Source of the DNA: Alphaproteobacteria bacterium | Lineage (GTDB): Bacteria; Pseudomonadota; Alphaproteobacteria; CAAGCB01; CAG-977 | Reading direction: 5' to 3' | NCBI GenBank assembly: GCA_017480385.1 | Contig: JAFVAT010000007.1 | Location: 26,334-90,333 of the forward strand | Length of the DNA: 64,000 nt | Shown here: positions 47,042-57,030 of the stretch, one piece after another | How positions within the stretch are numbered: position 1 is the first letter of the stretch | Layout: each line of letters opens with the position of its first letter | Translations under genes and position numbers: made by a program | Notes under the pieces: generated by a model | What the model was told of the DNA's origin: nothing | The model's input: the letters and a program-made list of their open reading frames with translations, nothing else | The model's database searches: none

Positions 47042-48778
47042 TTAAACGGCAAACTGGCTGTTATATAAATTGGCGTAAAACCCTTTTTTCGCCAACAATT
47101 CTTCGTGTCTGCCCTGTTCGATGATATGACCGGAATCCATAACCACAATCAGATCCGCCTGTCTGATTGTGGACAACCGGTGCGCGACAATAAAGCTTGT
47201 CCGTCCCTGCATCATCGTATCAAACGCCTTTTGGATTCTTGCCTCCGTTCGGGTATCGATCGAGCTGGTCGCTTCGTCTAAAAGCAGCATGGACGGCAGG
47301 GAAAGCATCGCCCGCGCAATACACAACAGCTGTTTTTGACCCTGAGAAATATTGCCGCCGTCCTCCGTAATCTCCGTATCGTATCCCTTAGGCAGACGCT
47401 TGATAAAGCTGTCGGCATGCGCGGCAACGGCAGCGGAAACAATTTCATAGTCAGACGCATTCGGTTTGCCGTACGCGATATTTTCTTTGACCGTTCCGGC
47501 TTTCAGCCATGTGTCCTGCAACACCATGCCGAACGAAGACCGCAGACTGTCGCGCGTTAAATTCTGCACATCATGACCGCTGACAATAATTTTCCCTTTA
47601 TCAACGTCATAAAACCGCATCAACAAATTGATCAAGGTCGTTTTGCCGCACCCCGTCGAGCCGACGATTGCGATTTTCTGTCCTGCCTGAACGGACAGGT
47701 TCAGACCTTCAATCAACTTAACGTCCTGCACATAGGAAAAAGAAACGTTTTCCACATTAACCGAACCGTCCGCTTTGCCCAAAACAACGGCATCGGCGGA
47801 ATCCGGTGTCTGCGGCGTCGCATCTATAATTTCAAACAACCGTTTCGCCGAAGCCAGAGCGCTTTGCAGTTCGGCAATCACGCCTGAAATTTCGTTAAAA
47901 GGTTTCGTATACTGATTAGCATAACTTAAAAAGCAGGACAACTGCCCGACCGTCAAGGCACCGGCAGCCGCCGTCAAAGCCCCGACAATACTGACCAGCG
48001 TATATACAACGCCGTTGACAAAGCGCGTACAGGGATTGGTCATCGAAGAAAAAAACAGCGCTTTGACACCGCAGTCTTTTAAACGGGCATTGATTTCTTC
48101 AAACCGCTGCGAAGCCTCGTGCTCATAGCCGAACGCCTTGACCAGCTTCATATTACCGATCGTTTCTTCAATTAAAGAAGTCATTTCTCCGCGTGTTTCG
48201 GACTGCACTTTAAAGAATTTAAAGGACCGCTTCGCAATAAAATTCGCGACAAACAAAGACAAAGGCGTCACGAAAACGACCAGCAGCGTAATTTTAACGT
48301 TGATGACCGCCATGAATCCGATCGTGCCGAAAATTGTCACAATTCCCGTAAACAGTTGCGTAAAGCCCATTAACAGTCCGTCAGCGATTTGTTCCGCATC
48401 GACGATCACGCGGCTCAAGATATCGCCATGCGGATTGGAATCAATAAACTTCAAAGGAACGTTTTGCAGCTTGGCAAAAGCTTTTTCCCGAATATCGCGT
48501 ACCGTCAGATAAGCAATTTTGTTCGTGCAAAGCCCCATCAGCCATTGGGCAAAAGAAGCTCCTGCCGTCACCGCCGCAAGCCAAATCAGGAACTGTTTTA
48601 ACATTATAAAATCAACATGGCCCCTGCCGACAATCTGATCGATTGCCCGTCCCGTCAATACCGGCGCATAAAGTGTCAGGCAAACGCTGATCACGGCAAA
48701 AACTAATGCGAAAGCCAAATAGAGCAAATGAGGCCGCGTAAAGGAAAGTAAGCGTTTCAGCAAACCGGTATTCTTCAT
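47042..48778 (-). CDS. Heterodimeric ABC exporter subunit (TM288-like)
   Basis: TM domain plus GSTGCGKTT, ISQGQKQLL, LLDEATS. Confidence 0.95.
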   Translation of the reverse strand: MKNTGLLKRLLSFTRPHLLYLAFALVFAVISVCLTLYAPVLTGRAIDQIVGRGHVDFIMLKQFLIWLAAVTAGASFAQWLMGLCTNKIAYLTVRDIREKAFAKLQNVPLKFIDSNPHGDILSRVIVDAEQIADGLLMGFTQLFTGIVTIFGTIGFMAVINVKITLLVVFVTPLSLFVANFIAKRSFKFFKVQSETRGEMTSLIEETIGNMKLVKAFGYEHEASQRFEEINARLKDCGVKALFFSSMTNPCTRFVNGVVYTLVSIVGALTAAAGALTVGQLSCFLSYANQYTKPFNEISGVIAELQSALASAKRLFEIIDATPQTPDSADAVVLGKADGSVNVENVSFSYVQDVKLIEGLNLSVQAGQKIAIVGSTGCGKTTLINLLMRFYDVDKGKIIVSGHDVQNLTRDSLRSSFGMVLQDTWLKAGTVKENIAYGKPNASDYEIVSAAVAAHADSFIKRLPKGYDTEITEDGGNISQGQKQLLCIARAMLSLPSMLLLDEATSSIDTRTEARIQKAFDTMMQGRTSFIVAHRLSTIRQADLIVVMDSGHIIEQGRHEELLAKKGFYANLYNSQFAV

Positions 48779-50502
48779 GCCGCGACCTCCTTTTCCAGCT
48801 GAGAAAGACAGATCTCATGGTAAACGGAACAAGTTTCCATAAGCTCTTCATGTTTTCCCAAACCAACTATCCTGCCGTCGTCCAAAACGACAATAAAGTC
48901 CGCATTCCTGATCGTTGAAACGCGCTGAGAAACCAAAAACACCGTCATGCCCTGCGTTTCTTGCTTAATCGCCCTGCGCAGTTTTGCGTCTGTTGCAAAA
49001 TCCAATGCCGAAGCACTGTCGTCCAAAATCAGGATTTCGGGCCTTCCGACCAAAGCCCGCGCAATTGTCAGGCGCTGCCTTTGCCCGCCGGAAAGGTTCT
49101 TCCCTCCCTGCGCAATCATCGTATCAAGCTGATCCGGCTTTGATCTGACAAAATCCTCCCCCTGCGCGATTTTCAGTGCTTGCCAAAGCTCTTCATCGGA
49201 AGCCTTTTTCCTGCGCCAACGCAAATTATCCCGAATCGTTCCCTTAAATAAAACGGCCTTCTGCGGCACAATACCGATTTTTTCCCTTAAAGCGGCAAAC
49301 GAAAAATTCTTTATATCCTCTCCGTCAATCAGCACCCGACCCTGCGCCGCGTCATAAAAGCGTCCGATCAAATTCATCAGCGTTGATTTGCCTGCGCCCG
49401 TTCCGCCGATCACACCGACCGTTGCTCCTGCCGGCACATTAAAAGAAATATTTGTTAGCGCGTCTGCTTCCGATTTTTGATAAGCAAAGGAAACGTTTTC
49501 AAAGCTGAGGCGCGGCTGATCGGACCGCAAAACAATCTGCTGTTCTTTTTCGGTTAAAGATGGTAACAGCTCAAAAACCTCATTAATCCGAACGGCAGAG
49601 GCGGAAGCTTTTGTAAAAGCAATGATTAAATTGGCTAACGCCACCAGAGCCAATAAAATCTGCGACATATAGTTAACCAGTGCAATCACCTCGCCCTGAC
49701 TTAAAGAACCGGTATCAACCTGAAAACCGCCGCCCCAAATCAAAGCGATAATCGCCGCATTTACAACAACATACGTTACCGGATTCAACAGCGCTGCTAT
49801 TTTGCCGGCCAAAACCTGTTCATTCATCAAAAAATCGCACGTTTTGTTAAAATCCGCCGTTTCATCGGCCTGTTTTGAAAAAGCACGGATCACGCGCACA
49901 CCGGCCAGATTTTCACGGGTCAGCAAGGAAACGCGGTCCAAAATCGCCTGTATTCTGCGGTAATAAGGAATTGAACGCGACATCACAAAGTAAATCACGG
50001 CCCCGATTAACGGCGCGGCAATCAAAAAAATGACAGCCAGTTTAACATTGACAAAAAACGCCATAATCACAGCGCCGATCACAATAAAGGGCGAGCGCAG
50101 AAACAATCGCAGAACCAAATTAACGCCGGATTGAGTCTGATTGATATCTCCGGTTAACCGCGTCATTAAAGACGGCGTGCCGATTTCGTCAATCTCAGTA
50201 TACGACAGAACGCAGATATGGTTAAACAGAGCCGTTCTTAAAGCGGTGCCAAACCCCATGGACGCTTTAGCGGCAAAATACTGAGCGGTTAAAGAACAGA
50301 TTAATCCTGCCAATCCAAAGAAAACCATGACGCCGCCCATTTTATAAATATAGGCGATATCATGGTTTTTAATCCCCGTATCAATAATACCGGCCGTCAC
50401 TAAAGGCACGGCCAGCTCAAAGCACGCTTCCAAAAACTTAAACAGCGGCCCGATCACACATTCTTTTTTGTAGTCTTTTAAAAAACGAATCAGTTTCAGC
50501 AT
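48775..50502 (-). CDS. Heterodimeric ABC exporter subunit (TM287-like, degenerate Walker B)
   Basis: GGTGAGKST, LSGGQRQR, ILDDSASALD, VSQR in place of the H-loop. Confidence 0.95.
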   Translation of the reverse strand: MLKLIRFLKDYKKECVIGPLFKFLEACFELAVPLVTAGIIDTGIKNHDIAYIYKMGGVMVFFGLAGLICSLTAQYFAAKASMGFGTALRTALFNHICVLSYTEIDEIGTPSLMTRLTGDINQTQSGVNLVLRLFLRSPFIVIGAVIMAFFVNVKLAVIFLIAAPLIGAVIYFVMSRSIPYYRRIQAILDRVSLLTRENLAGVRVIRAFSKQADETADFNKTCDFLMNEQVLAGKIAALLNPVTYVVVNAAIIALIWGGGFQVDTGSLSQGEVIALVNYMSQILLALVALANLIIAFTKASASAVRINEVFELLPSLTEKEQQIVLRSDQPRLSFENVSFAYQKSEADALTNISFNVPAGATVGVIGGTGAGKSTLMNLIGRFYDAAQGRVLIDGEDIKNFSFAALREKIGIVPQKAVLFKGTIRDNLRWRRKKASDEELWQALKIAQGEDFVRSKPDQLDTMIAQGGKNLSGGQRQRLTIARALVGRPEILILDDSASALDFATDAKLRRAIKQETQGMTVFLVSQRVSTIRNADFIVVLDDGRIVGLGKHEELMETCSVYHEICLSQLEKEVAA

Positions 50503-50558
50503 TTTCCTATCCCGTATACAGTTTCTTCGTACACGTCGGTTGCTTTAAAAACAAGAAA

Positions 50559-50584
50559 AAAGCGGAGTTTTCCTGCTCCGCTTT
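50559..50584 (-). terminator. Intrinsic terminator after the HAD gene
   Basis: AAAGCGGAG-N8-CTCCGCTTT with an A run on the left (U tail on the minus strand). Confidence 0.75.
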
Positions 50585-50593
50585 CGTTTTCTT

Positions 50594-51709
50594 TCACCGT
50601 CCGCCGCGGGCTTTTAACATCGTTTGCGTCAAGACCGCTTCCTTGCCCGATTCTTTTACGGCGCGGGAACGGGAATGGCCGGCGACCATTTTCATCACCT
50701 GTCCCAATTCGTCGGGATCTTTAACAGCAATCGTCGGAAAACATTTGTCCGATTTATCCGTGATCCGGTTGTTTTCCCCGTTCATCACGTGAATAACAAA
50801 AACGCGGTCCAAAGCGCCTTTTTCTCGAAAATAATCGCGCACAGCCTCGACCATATCGCGGTCTGTGCCGTTTTTTGCCAGACTGTCCCCCAGCACTAAA
50901 ACGGGGCCGCCCTGCTCAAACGCTTTATCCAAAAAGCCCGACTTTTCCACACCGTTGCGCTTGCTTTGATTTTGAGAGCGAATTTCCATGGATCCCGTCG
51001 GTTCCACCGTATAAAACAGAGCGCCGTTCGGATTTTCCGGAGCGTTTTTATTAATCGTTCCGTCAGAATTTTTGCCTTCCATGACATATTTCATGCGTTG
51101 ATCGACAAAAGCGAACATTTCTTTGCCTTTTTCAGGCGATGACTCCATAAATTCAGCCAAATTCAAATAGCTCAAATGTTTTTTGTATTCCGCCAGAATA
51201 TGACCGCGCGCTTCCGGCCAACGTTCAAAGATTTCTTCTTTCAGCGCCATAACGTTTTCGCCGACATAGCGTTCGAATTTTTGTTCTTTAAAAGCATCTT
51301 CTTCAGAAGCGGAACGGCGTAGGACCGTCGTTTTTCCGTTTTCAACCAACAAACGCCCGTGCCCCGCAACGGCGGAAGCGTTTTCAAAATCTTTTACCCC
51401 GCCCAGCAAATCATGAAAAGCGCCGTCAGGAATTTTTTCGCCGGTGACATCATTGACCCGCACGTCCGCCCAATGCCGGCCCGTTACAATATAAAAAGCG
51501 CTGCCTGACTGAGGCAGATCCGTCAAAGCGCGTCTGATCTCCGGCTGCATATAACAGGCCGGCTGACCTGTTTCCGCTTTATTCTGCGCCGCATAAGAAG
51601 CATTGCCCTCCAAACAAGAAGTCTTATCCAAATCCGTAAAAACGCAGACCGGCTTTTGATCCGCTTGCTTTAACAAACGCGTTAAATTCTGACGGGAAGA
51701 AGAATCCAT
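50594..51709 (-). CDS. HAD superfamily IIB hydrolase (trehalose-6-phosphate phosphatase-like)
   Basis: Motif I FTDLDKT, motif II IVTGR, motif III EIR....SK..G, motif IV LGDS....TDRDM. Confidence 0.7.
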   Translation of the reverse strand: MDSSSRQNLTRLLKQADQKPVCVFTDLDKTSCLEGNASYAAQNKAETGQPACYMQPEIRRALTDLPQSGSAFYIVTGRHWADVRVNDVTGEKIPDGAFHDLLGGVKDFENASAVAGHGRLLVENGKTTVLRRSASEEDAFKEQKFERYVGENVMALKEEIFERWPEARGHILAEYKKHLSYLNLAEFMESSPEKGKEMFAFVDQRMKYVMEGKNSDGTINKNAPENPNGALFYTVEPTGSMEIRSQNQSKRNGVEKSGFLDKAFEQGGPVLVLGDSLAKNGTDRDMVEAVRDYFREKGALDRVFVIHVMNGENNRITDKSDKCFPTIAVKDPDELGQVMKMVAGHSRSRAVKESGKEAVLTQTMLKARGGR

Positions 51710-51765
51710 TGCAGTATCCTTTCAAATTTTGTCTAATTTTCGCACAAACGCTTAAATTTGGCAAC

Positions 51766-51781
51766 GTTAAATTTTTTTTAA
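51766..51781 (-). promoter_or_regulatory. CtrA-binding box upstream of the flagellar export genes
   Basis: GTTAA-ATTTTTT-TTAA is the reverse complement of TTAA-N7-TTAAC, about 40 bp before the ATG at 51823. Confidence 0.7.
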
Positions 51782-51822
51782 GTCAGACGAGTCAGACTCG
51801 ATCAAAACAGAACGGAGTCTTA

Positions 51823-52116
51823 ATGGCGGAAAATCATTCCAAACGAACGGCGGCGGTCGCTTTAAAACATGATCCGGAAAAAGGCGGTGTGCCGACTGTT
51901 GCGGCCAGCGGGTATGGGCATTTGGCCGAAAAAATTCTGGAAATGGCTTTTGCCGCCGGCATCAAAGTTCGTCAAGATGCCGATCTGGCTGAAATTTTAG
52001 CCGCATTGGATATGGACAGTGAAATCCCGCCGGAAGCTTTTGCGGCCGTTGCCGAAATTCTGTCTTATGTTTACGAACTCAATGTTTCCGCTGAAAAAGG
52101 ATTTGTCCTGTCATGA
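51823..52116 (+). CDS. FlhB C-terminal domain-like protein (EscU/YscU/HrcU family)
   Basis: AVAL....P.V.ASG.G.LAEKILE.A...GI.V..DADLAE.L..LD....IP.E.F.AVAEILSYVY. Confidence 0.9.
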   Translation: MAENHSKRTAAVALKHDPEKGGVPTVAASGYGHLAEKILEMAFAAGIKVRQDADLAEILAALDMDSEIPPEAFAAVAEILSYVYELNVSAEKGFVLS

Positions 52117-52382
52117 CGCAAATGCAGCATATTCAAACCGAATTGAATAAAGCCAACGCCCTTCTGAACGCGGCAATAGAACTGATCAACAGCGGACGGA
52201 TCGTCAGCATTGCCTCGTTAAGCGATATCGTAAACAACATTTGCCGTCTGATAAAAGAAGAAGGATACGCGCGCTGTCAGGCCGTCGAACCCTTGCTGAT
52301 CCGATTGTCCGACCAAATGGATCAATTCCGCCTTGTCATGGAAAATCAATTAAAAAACGACGATGAATCACCTCTTTATTAA
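52113..52382 (+). CDS. Small hypothetical helical protein in the flagellar export operon
   Basis: ATGA-coupled 89-aa ORF. Confidence 0.65.
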   Translation: MTQMQHIQTELNKANALLNAAIELINSGRIVSIASLSDIVNNICRLIKEEGYARCQAVEPLLIRLSDQMDQFRLVMENQLKNDDESPLY

Positions 52383-52392
52383 AGGATAACCG

Positions 52393-52692
52393 ATGGAACA
52401 CGAAGCTTCTTTTTTATCTGCGCTGCTCGGATTGATTTTTGTCCTAGGCGTTATTTTTCTGACCGCTTATCTGTTTAAACGGTTCGGATCACATTTGATT
52501 TCAGGCGTTCCCGTCAGCAAAAAAAAGCCGGAAATGACCATTTTGGATATCCGTGTTGTCGATCCTAAAAACCGTTTGGTTTTATTTCGGTGCCGAAACA
52601 AAGATTACCTCGCATTAACAGGAGAAACCAACTGCCTTGTTGATTCCTTTGCCGTTCAGGAAAATCAGGAGGCCGCGCATGCCGATGCTTAA
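52393..52692 (+). CDS. fliO: Flagellar biosynthesis protein FliO
   Basis: TM L.FVLG.I...AYLFKRFG, then I...R.VDPK.RLVL...L; precedes fliP. Confidence 0.8.
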   Translation: MEHEASFLSALLGLIFVLGVIFLTAYLFKRFGSHLISGVPVSKKKPEMTILDIRVVDPKNRLVLFRCRNKDYLALTGETNCLVDSFAVQENQEAAHADA

Positions 52693-53416
52693 AAAAGTTT
52701 TCTTTCCTGTTTTATTGATCCTTTTAACCGCAGCCCCGGCATGGGCCCAGAGTATCAATATTGATTTAGGCGATTCCGGCGGCTCCTCAACGGCAAGAAT
52801 CGTCCAGCTGATTCTGTTATTAACAGTCTTATCCGTCGCGCCAAGCATTTTAGTCATGGTGACGTCTTTTACCCGAATCGCGATTGTTTTTTCCATTACG
52901 CGGCAGGCGCTGGGCACATCGCAGACGCCGTCCAATATGATTCTGGTCGCGCTGGCGCTGTTCATGACCGGTTTTATCATGACGCCGACCTTTGAAAAAG
53001 CGTGGGACGCCGGCATTCACCCATTAATTGAAGAACGGATTGAAACGCAGACCGCCGTTGAACGAACCGTTCAGCCTTTTAAAGAATTCATGTTGAAAAA
53101 CGTTCGCCCGAAAGATTTGCAGCTGTTCATGGATTTTTCCAAAACGCCGCAGGTTGAAAAGCCTGAGGACACACCATTAACTGCTCTGATTCCCGCCTTT
53201 ATGGTCAGCGAGCTGCGCCGCGCTTTTGAAATCGGATTTTTAATTTTTGTTCCGTTCCTCATTATTGATATGGTTGTTGCCTCCGTTTTAATGAGCATGG
53301 GCATGATGATGCTGCCGCCTTCCATGCTGTCCATGCCGTTCAAACTGATCTTTTTTGTCGTAGCAGACGGCTGGTATATGTTAGTTGGCAGTTTGGTTAA
53401 AAGCTTCGCCGTTTAA
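52679..53416 (+). CDS. fliP: Flagellar export apparatus protein FliP
   Basis: LLTVLSVAPSILVMVTSFTRI, LIPAFMVSELRRAFEIGF, MGMMMLPP, PFKLIFFV..DGW. Confidence 0.97.
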   Translation: MPMLKKVFFPVLLILLTAAPAWAQSINIDLGDSGGSSTARIVQLILLLTVLSVAPSILVMVTSFTRIAIVFSITRQALGTSQTPSNMILVALALFMTGFIMTPTFEKAWDAGIHPLIEERIETQTAVERTVQPFKEFMLKNVRPKDLQLFMDFSKTPQVEKPEDTPLTALIPAFMVSELRRAFEIGFLIFVPFLIIDMVVASVLMSMGMMMLPPSMLSMPFKLIFFVVADGWYMLVGSLVKSFAV

Positions 53417-53418
53417 GA

Positions 53419-56400
53419 TTAAAATGAATGAATGAGAGAAACGGAAATTGTCCGCATCGACGATTTCGATCCTGTTCTTTGATTAAACAGCAAATGCAAC
53501 TGCGTTTTATCAGAAAAACGACCGTTAATGCCAACGCCGACAGAAAAGGCCGACTTTTCTTCATTGTCGTCTAAAGAATCAAATGTCGTCTGCAGCGTAT
53601 CCGCGCTGAAATACGCTTTTGTTTTCGGACTACCGCCTGTCAGCAACTGATCATAGCGGACATCAAAGAAAATATATTCCGGCTGAAAAAGGAAAAGATT
53701 CATTTCCCCCATTGTATAACCGGCGATTAAACCGGGAGAAAGCATTACAGACGTATCTGTTGACTTTTTCACTGACAGGTTAACGTCAGAACTGCCTTTT
53801 TCGTGATAGGCGTCCTGCGTCATTTGAGCGATCGTTAATCCCGCATAAGGACGCAGAGACCAGTCTCCGGCCTGTAGGGGAAGCGGCTGAATATCGTATC
53901 CGACATTTAAAGCGGCTTCAATGCTTGTGCCGTTAAACGAAGCCGTACTTTTCAATGTTTCCACCGGCAGGACGGTTGCTCGTGTCTTATCATAATTCTG
54001 CCGCCCGATCATCAAAACGCCGTCAATCGAGACAAAATCCTTTTGCCGGCTGAAATAAGCGCCGAAACGCCAATCGGTAATATCCGTGGAATCCTGGCCC
54101 TGATCAAGGGAAGCTTGCGCATATCCCGCTGTTAATCCCCACAGAAAATCGGAGGAATAAACAAAATCCCAGCCAAACATCGCGCCCATTCCTTTGCTGT
54201 CCGCATCAACCGAATTTGCAGTGCTGTCCCCTTTAAGAGTTCCCTGATGATACAAAAGCTGTCCCCAAGCCTGCTTTCGGATTCCGTAAGGCTGCCCGCC
54301 GGATCGACCGTTTGGCCTGTATCTTTGATAAACGTCCCTTTTCTTGGGCATATAATGGCGGTATTCCTGCCGCGGCGCATTGTCAGGCCGGTACTGGCGG
54401 TAAACATCATGCGGACGCGGCGCCTCATGACGGTAATTTTCCTGCGGCGTGTTACCTGGTCTGTACTGCCGGTACGGATCTCCTTTGAGAATGCGTCCTT
54501 TTGAAGAAGGCGAATAATACTGCATGCGCCCTTCGTAACGCATCGGATCTTTTTCTCTTTGACGTTCAAACAAATGCGTCTGTACGCCGCGCGTTAATTT
54601 ATTTGATAACGGCAAAGCCGAAAAACGAAGCGGGCGCACCTGATCTTTCATTTTATTGATTTGTTTTTTCAATCCGCCCTGACTGAAAAAATAAAAACCG
54701 CCCAAGTCCAATTGATCTTCCTGAAAAAGCCTGTCAATAACCGCGGCCACCTGACGTTCCGACGGCGTTAAATTCGGCGCATACGCTGTTGATGCCAACG
54801 ACTGATAATGAATCGTCATATCAATGGTATTCGTGTTTTGCTGCGCTGAAGCCGAAATAAAGTCTGTCAGCATGGATTCGCTTTCAAAATCCTGAAACGC
54901 TGTTAGCGTATCAAAGTTGATAATAGTATATGTTTGGCCGTTTTCATAAGACTTATCGATTTGTGCCAAAGCAAACTGGCCGCCGGTGATGTTTAATGTG
55001 CCCACTTGCATTGCCGTGATATCGGAATCCTTTTTTACAATGACAAGAGTGCCGGCTGAATTCAGTGTAGCAGCAGTTAAAGACGTTTCAACCGATCCCT
55101 TTTCTGTATTGATCACTGTTCCGCCAAGTGTGCCGCTGCCGCCCAAATAGCCGCTGTTGTCAACGGTTCCACCCGCTAATGTTACTCCCTGATTAACGGT
55201 CAGCGTGCCCGCGGGCAGATTATGAATGGTTCCGTTGAGCGTACTGTTTCCCGTTACGGTAACACCGGAACGGTTATTTAAAGAACCAAGATACGTTCCG
55301 CCCGTTTGAAACTCCCACTGACCGTTGTTGCTGACAGTGCCAGAAACCGTTAAATGTCCGCTTGTGACAGATCCGTTTTCTTGTACCCCTGAAACAAAGA
55401 AGGCCCCTTCATTGACAATATTTCCCGTTATCGTACCTCGAACAGCCTGAACAGTACCACTATTTGTCAAAGTGCTTTTTAACGTTCCCGCATTAATCGT
55501 TGCTTTTCCGGATTTATTAACGGTCAAAACACCGTTTAAAACTGCGGAAGAACCATTGATTGAAAATGTCCCGCCGTTGACGGTTACCCCGCCGGCCAAA
55601 GATCCGGTCAATTCAAGCGTTCCGCCTTCAACCGCCGACGTGCCCGCAAAGGTATTATTGCCGGACAAGGTCAGCGTCCCTGAACCTTTTTTCCTTAACC
55701 CGACATTTGCTTCCTCTGAAGAAGAATCGTCCGAAGAGGCCTGCACCTGTCCGATATCATTGCTCCATATGCTATCATAGCCTGCCGTATCAACGGTATA
55801 CCAATATTGCGAATCCGAATAATCCGAAGTCGTTAAGCGACCGATATCAAAGAATCCCGGCCCTTTCACCGCGTTTTCCAAATTTAAAAGCCCTTGTCCG
55901 AACACGTCCGCATAAGAAACGTCCGCACAGACAACGCCGTCAGAATCGCATGTGTATCCGCTGCCCAATTTAGACTGGACTATGGCTTCTTTTTCCTCGT
56001 CCGTCCAATCCTGACCATAGCCGTCCGAGGTTCCGAAAAATAAAAACTGTGTTTTTTCATCACCGCTTTGAATCATATAGTTGCTGAAATTTTCATAGTC
56101 TTTATCTGCCGTTGAAAACAAAACATCAGCCAACTGCTTGCCGCCCATATACGGAAAAGCGCTGGAAACAACGGCTGCCGCGCCGGAAATAATCGGTGCG
56201 GCGGCAGAGGTGCCGGCAAAACCGTCATATTGATCGTTTCCTTCGGAAGAAGCGGCGGTCAAAAAGGCAACCGGCGTCGCTAAGGACCATTCCTGCGCAT
56301 ATTGTGCCAAATTCGTATAATCCGTTAAAAAATTCGGACTGGAAGAGGAATACGACGGATTATAGGCAATCGCATTAATGAAATTATATTTCAAACCGGG

Positions 56401-57015
56401 TTCATAATACGGCAATCCTGCGGGACTTCTGCTTGGCGATAAAGACGTCTCGTTTCCGGCACTGGCAACAATTAATTTATCTTTTGCAATTAAAGCCTTC
56501 ATCGCATTTATTTCAGAAGAATTGGAGTATTCAGAAGGAAGATACAAATTCTCACCAAAACTATTATTAACAATTTTAACGCTGTCAAAAGCGCTGCCGG
56601 CTAATGTTTCCCATGCCTCAACATCAGAATAACAGGTTGAGCAATCACCCTTTGTCATCTGCACGGCAAACGCTAGAATTTGCGCATCATAGGCCACACC
56701 GTGCATGCCCTGACCGTCTTTGGCGCCGGCAATCAGGCTAGCTACCGGCGTTCCATGATTCATAACCTCCTGAACGTTATATTCCGTTTTTTGCAGCGAA
56801 CTGAATTTATTGGCAAATTCCTGATGCGTTGTCAGTGTTCCGTTATCAACAACGGCAACTGTCACGCCGGCACCAGTAAACCCCAATTCGTATGCTGCCG
56901 TCGCTCCTATGGCACTATAAGACGTTGCATTGACATCATATTCCGCATCTGTCGCTGCCGCCGCCGGCCCGCAAAGTGAAAGAGAAAGAAAGAAGAAAGA
57001 AATTCCGTTTTTCAT
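53419..57015 (-). CDS. Subtilase (S8) serine protease autotransporter
   Basis: Signal peptide; triad VVDNG, NHGTP, GTSAAAP; PATR repeat KKGSGTLTLSGNNTFAG; beta-barrel ending SLIHSF. Confidence 0.92.
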   Translation of the reverse strand: MKNGISFFFLSLSLCGPAAAATDAEYDVNATSYSAIGATAAYELGFTGAGVTVAVVDNGTLTTHQEFANKFSSLQKTEYNVQEVMNHGTPVASLIAGAKDGQGMHGVAYDAQILAFAVQMTKGDCSTCYSDVEAWETLAGSAFDSVKIVNNSFGENLYLPSEYSNSSEINAMKALIAKDKLIVASAGNETSLSPSRSPAGLPYYEPGLKYNFINAIAYNPSYSSSSPNFLTDYTNLAQYAQEWSLATPVAFLTAASSEGNDQYDGFAGTSAAAPIISGAAAVVSSAFPYMGGKQLADVLFSTADKDYENFSNYMIQSGDEKTQFLFFGTSDGYGQDWTDEEKEAIVQSKLGSGYTCDSDGVVCADVSYADVFGQGLLNLENAVKGPGFFDIGRLTTSDYSDSQYWYTVDTAGYDSIWSNDIGQVQASSDDSSSEEANVGLRKKGSGTLTLSGNNTFAGTSAVEGGTLELTGSLAGGVTVNGGTFSINGSSAVLNGVLTVNKSGKATINAGTLKSTLTNSGTVQAVRGTITGNIVNEGAFFVSGVQENGSVTSGHLTVSGTVSNNGQWEFQTGGTYLGSLNNRSGVTVTGNSTLNGTIHNLPAGTLTVNQGVTLAGGTVDNSGYLGGSGTLGGTVINTEKGSVETSLTAATLNSAGTLVIVKKDSDITAMQVGTLNITGGQFALAQIDKSYENGQTYTIINFDTLTAFQDFESESMLTDFISASAQQNTNTIDMTIHYQSLASTAYAPNLTPSERQVAAVIDRLFQEDQLDLGGFYFFSQGGLKKQINKMKDQVRPLRFSALPLSNKLTRGVQTHLFERQREKDPMRYEGRMQYYSPSSKGRILKGDPYRQYRPGNTPQENYRHEAPRPHDVYRQYRPDNAPRQEYRHYMPKKRDVYQRYRPNGRSGGQPYGIRKQAWGQLLYHQGTLKGDSTANSVDADSKGMGAMFGWDFVYSSDFLWGLTAGYAQASLDQGQDSTDITDWRFGAYFSRQKDFVSIDGVLMIGRQNYDKTRATVLPVETLKSTASFNGTSIEAALNVGYDIQPLPLQAGDWSLRPYAGLTIAQMTQDAYHEKGSSDVNLSVKKSTDTSVMLSPGLIAGYTMGEMNLFLFQPEYIFFDVRYDQLLTGGSPKTKAYFSADTLQTTFDSLDDNEEKSAFSVGVGINGRFSDKTQLHLLFNQRTGSKSSMRTISVSLIHSF
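54305..54485 (-). repeat. 72-bp (24-aa) degenerate tandem repeat within the autotransporter
   Basis: Units at 54458-54480, 54386-54408 and 54314-54336 encode DPYRQYRPG, DVYRQYRPD and DVYQRYRPN. Confidence 0.85.
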
Positions 57016-57030
57016 TTCTTTTCTCCTTTA

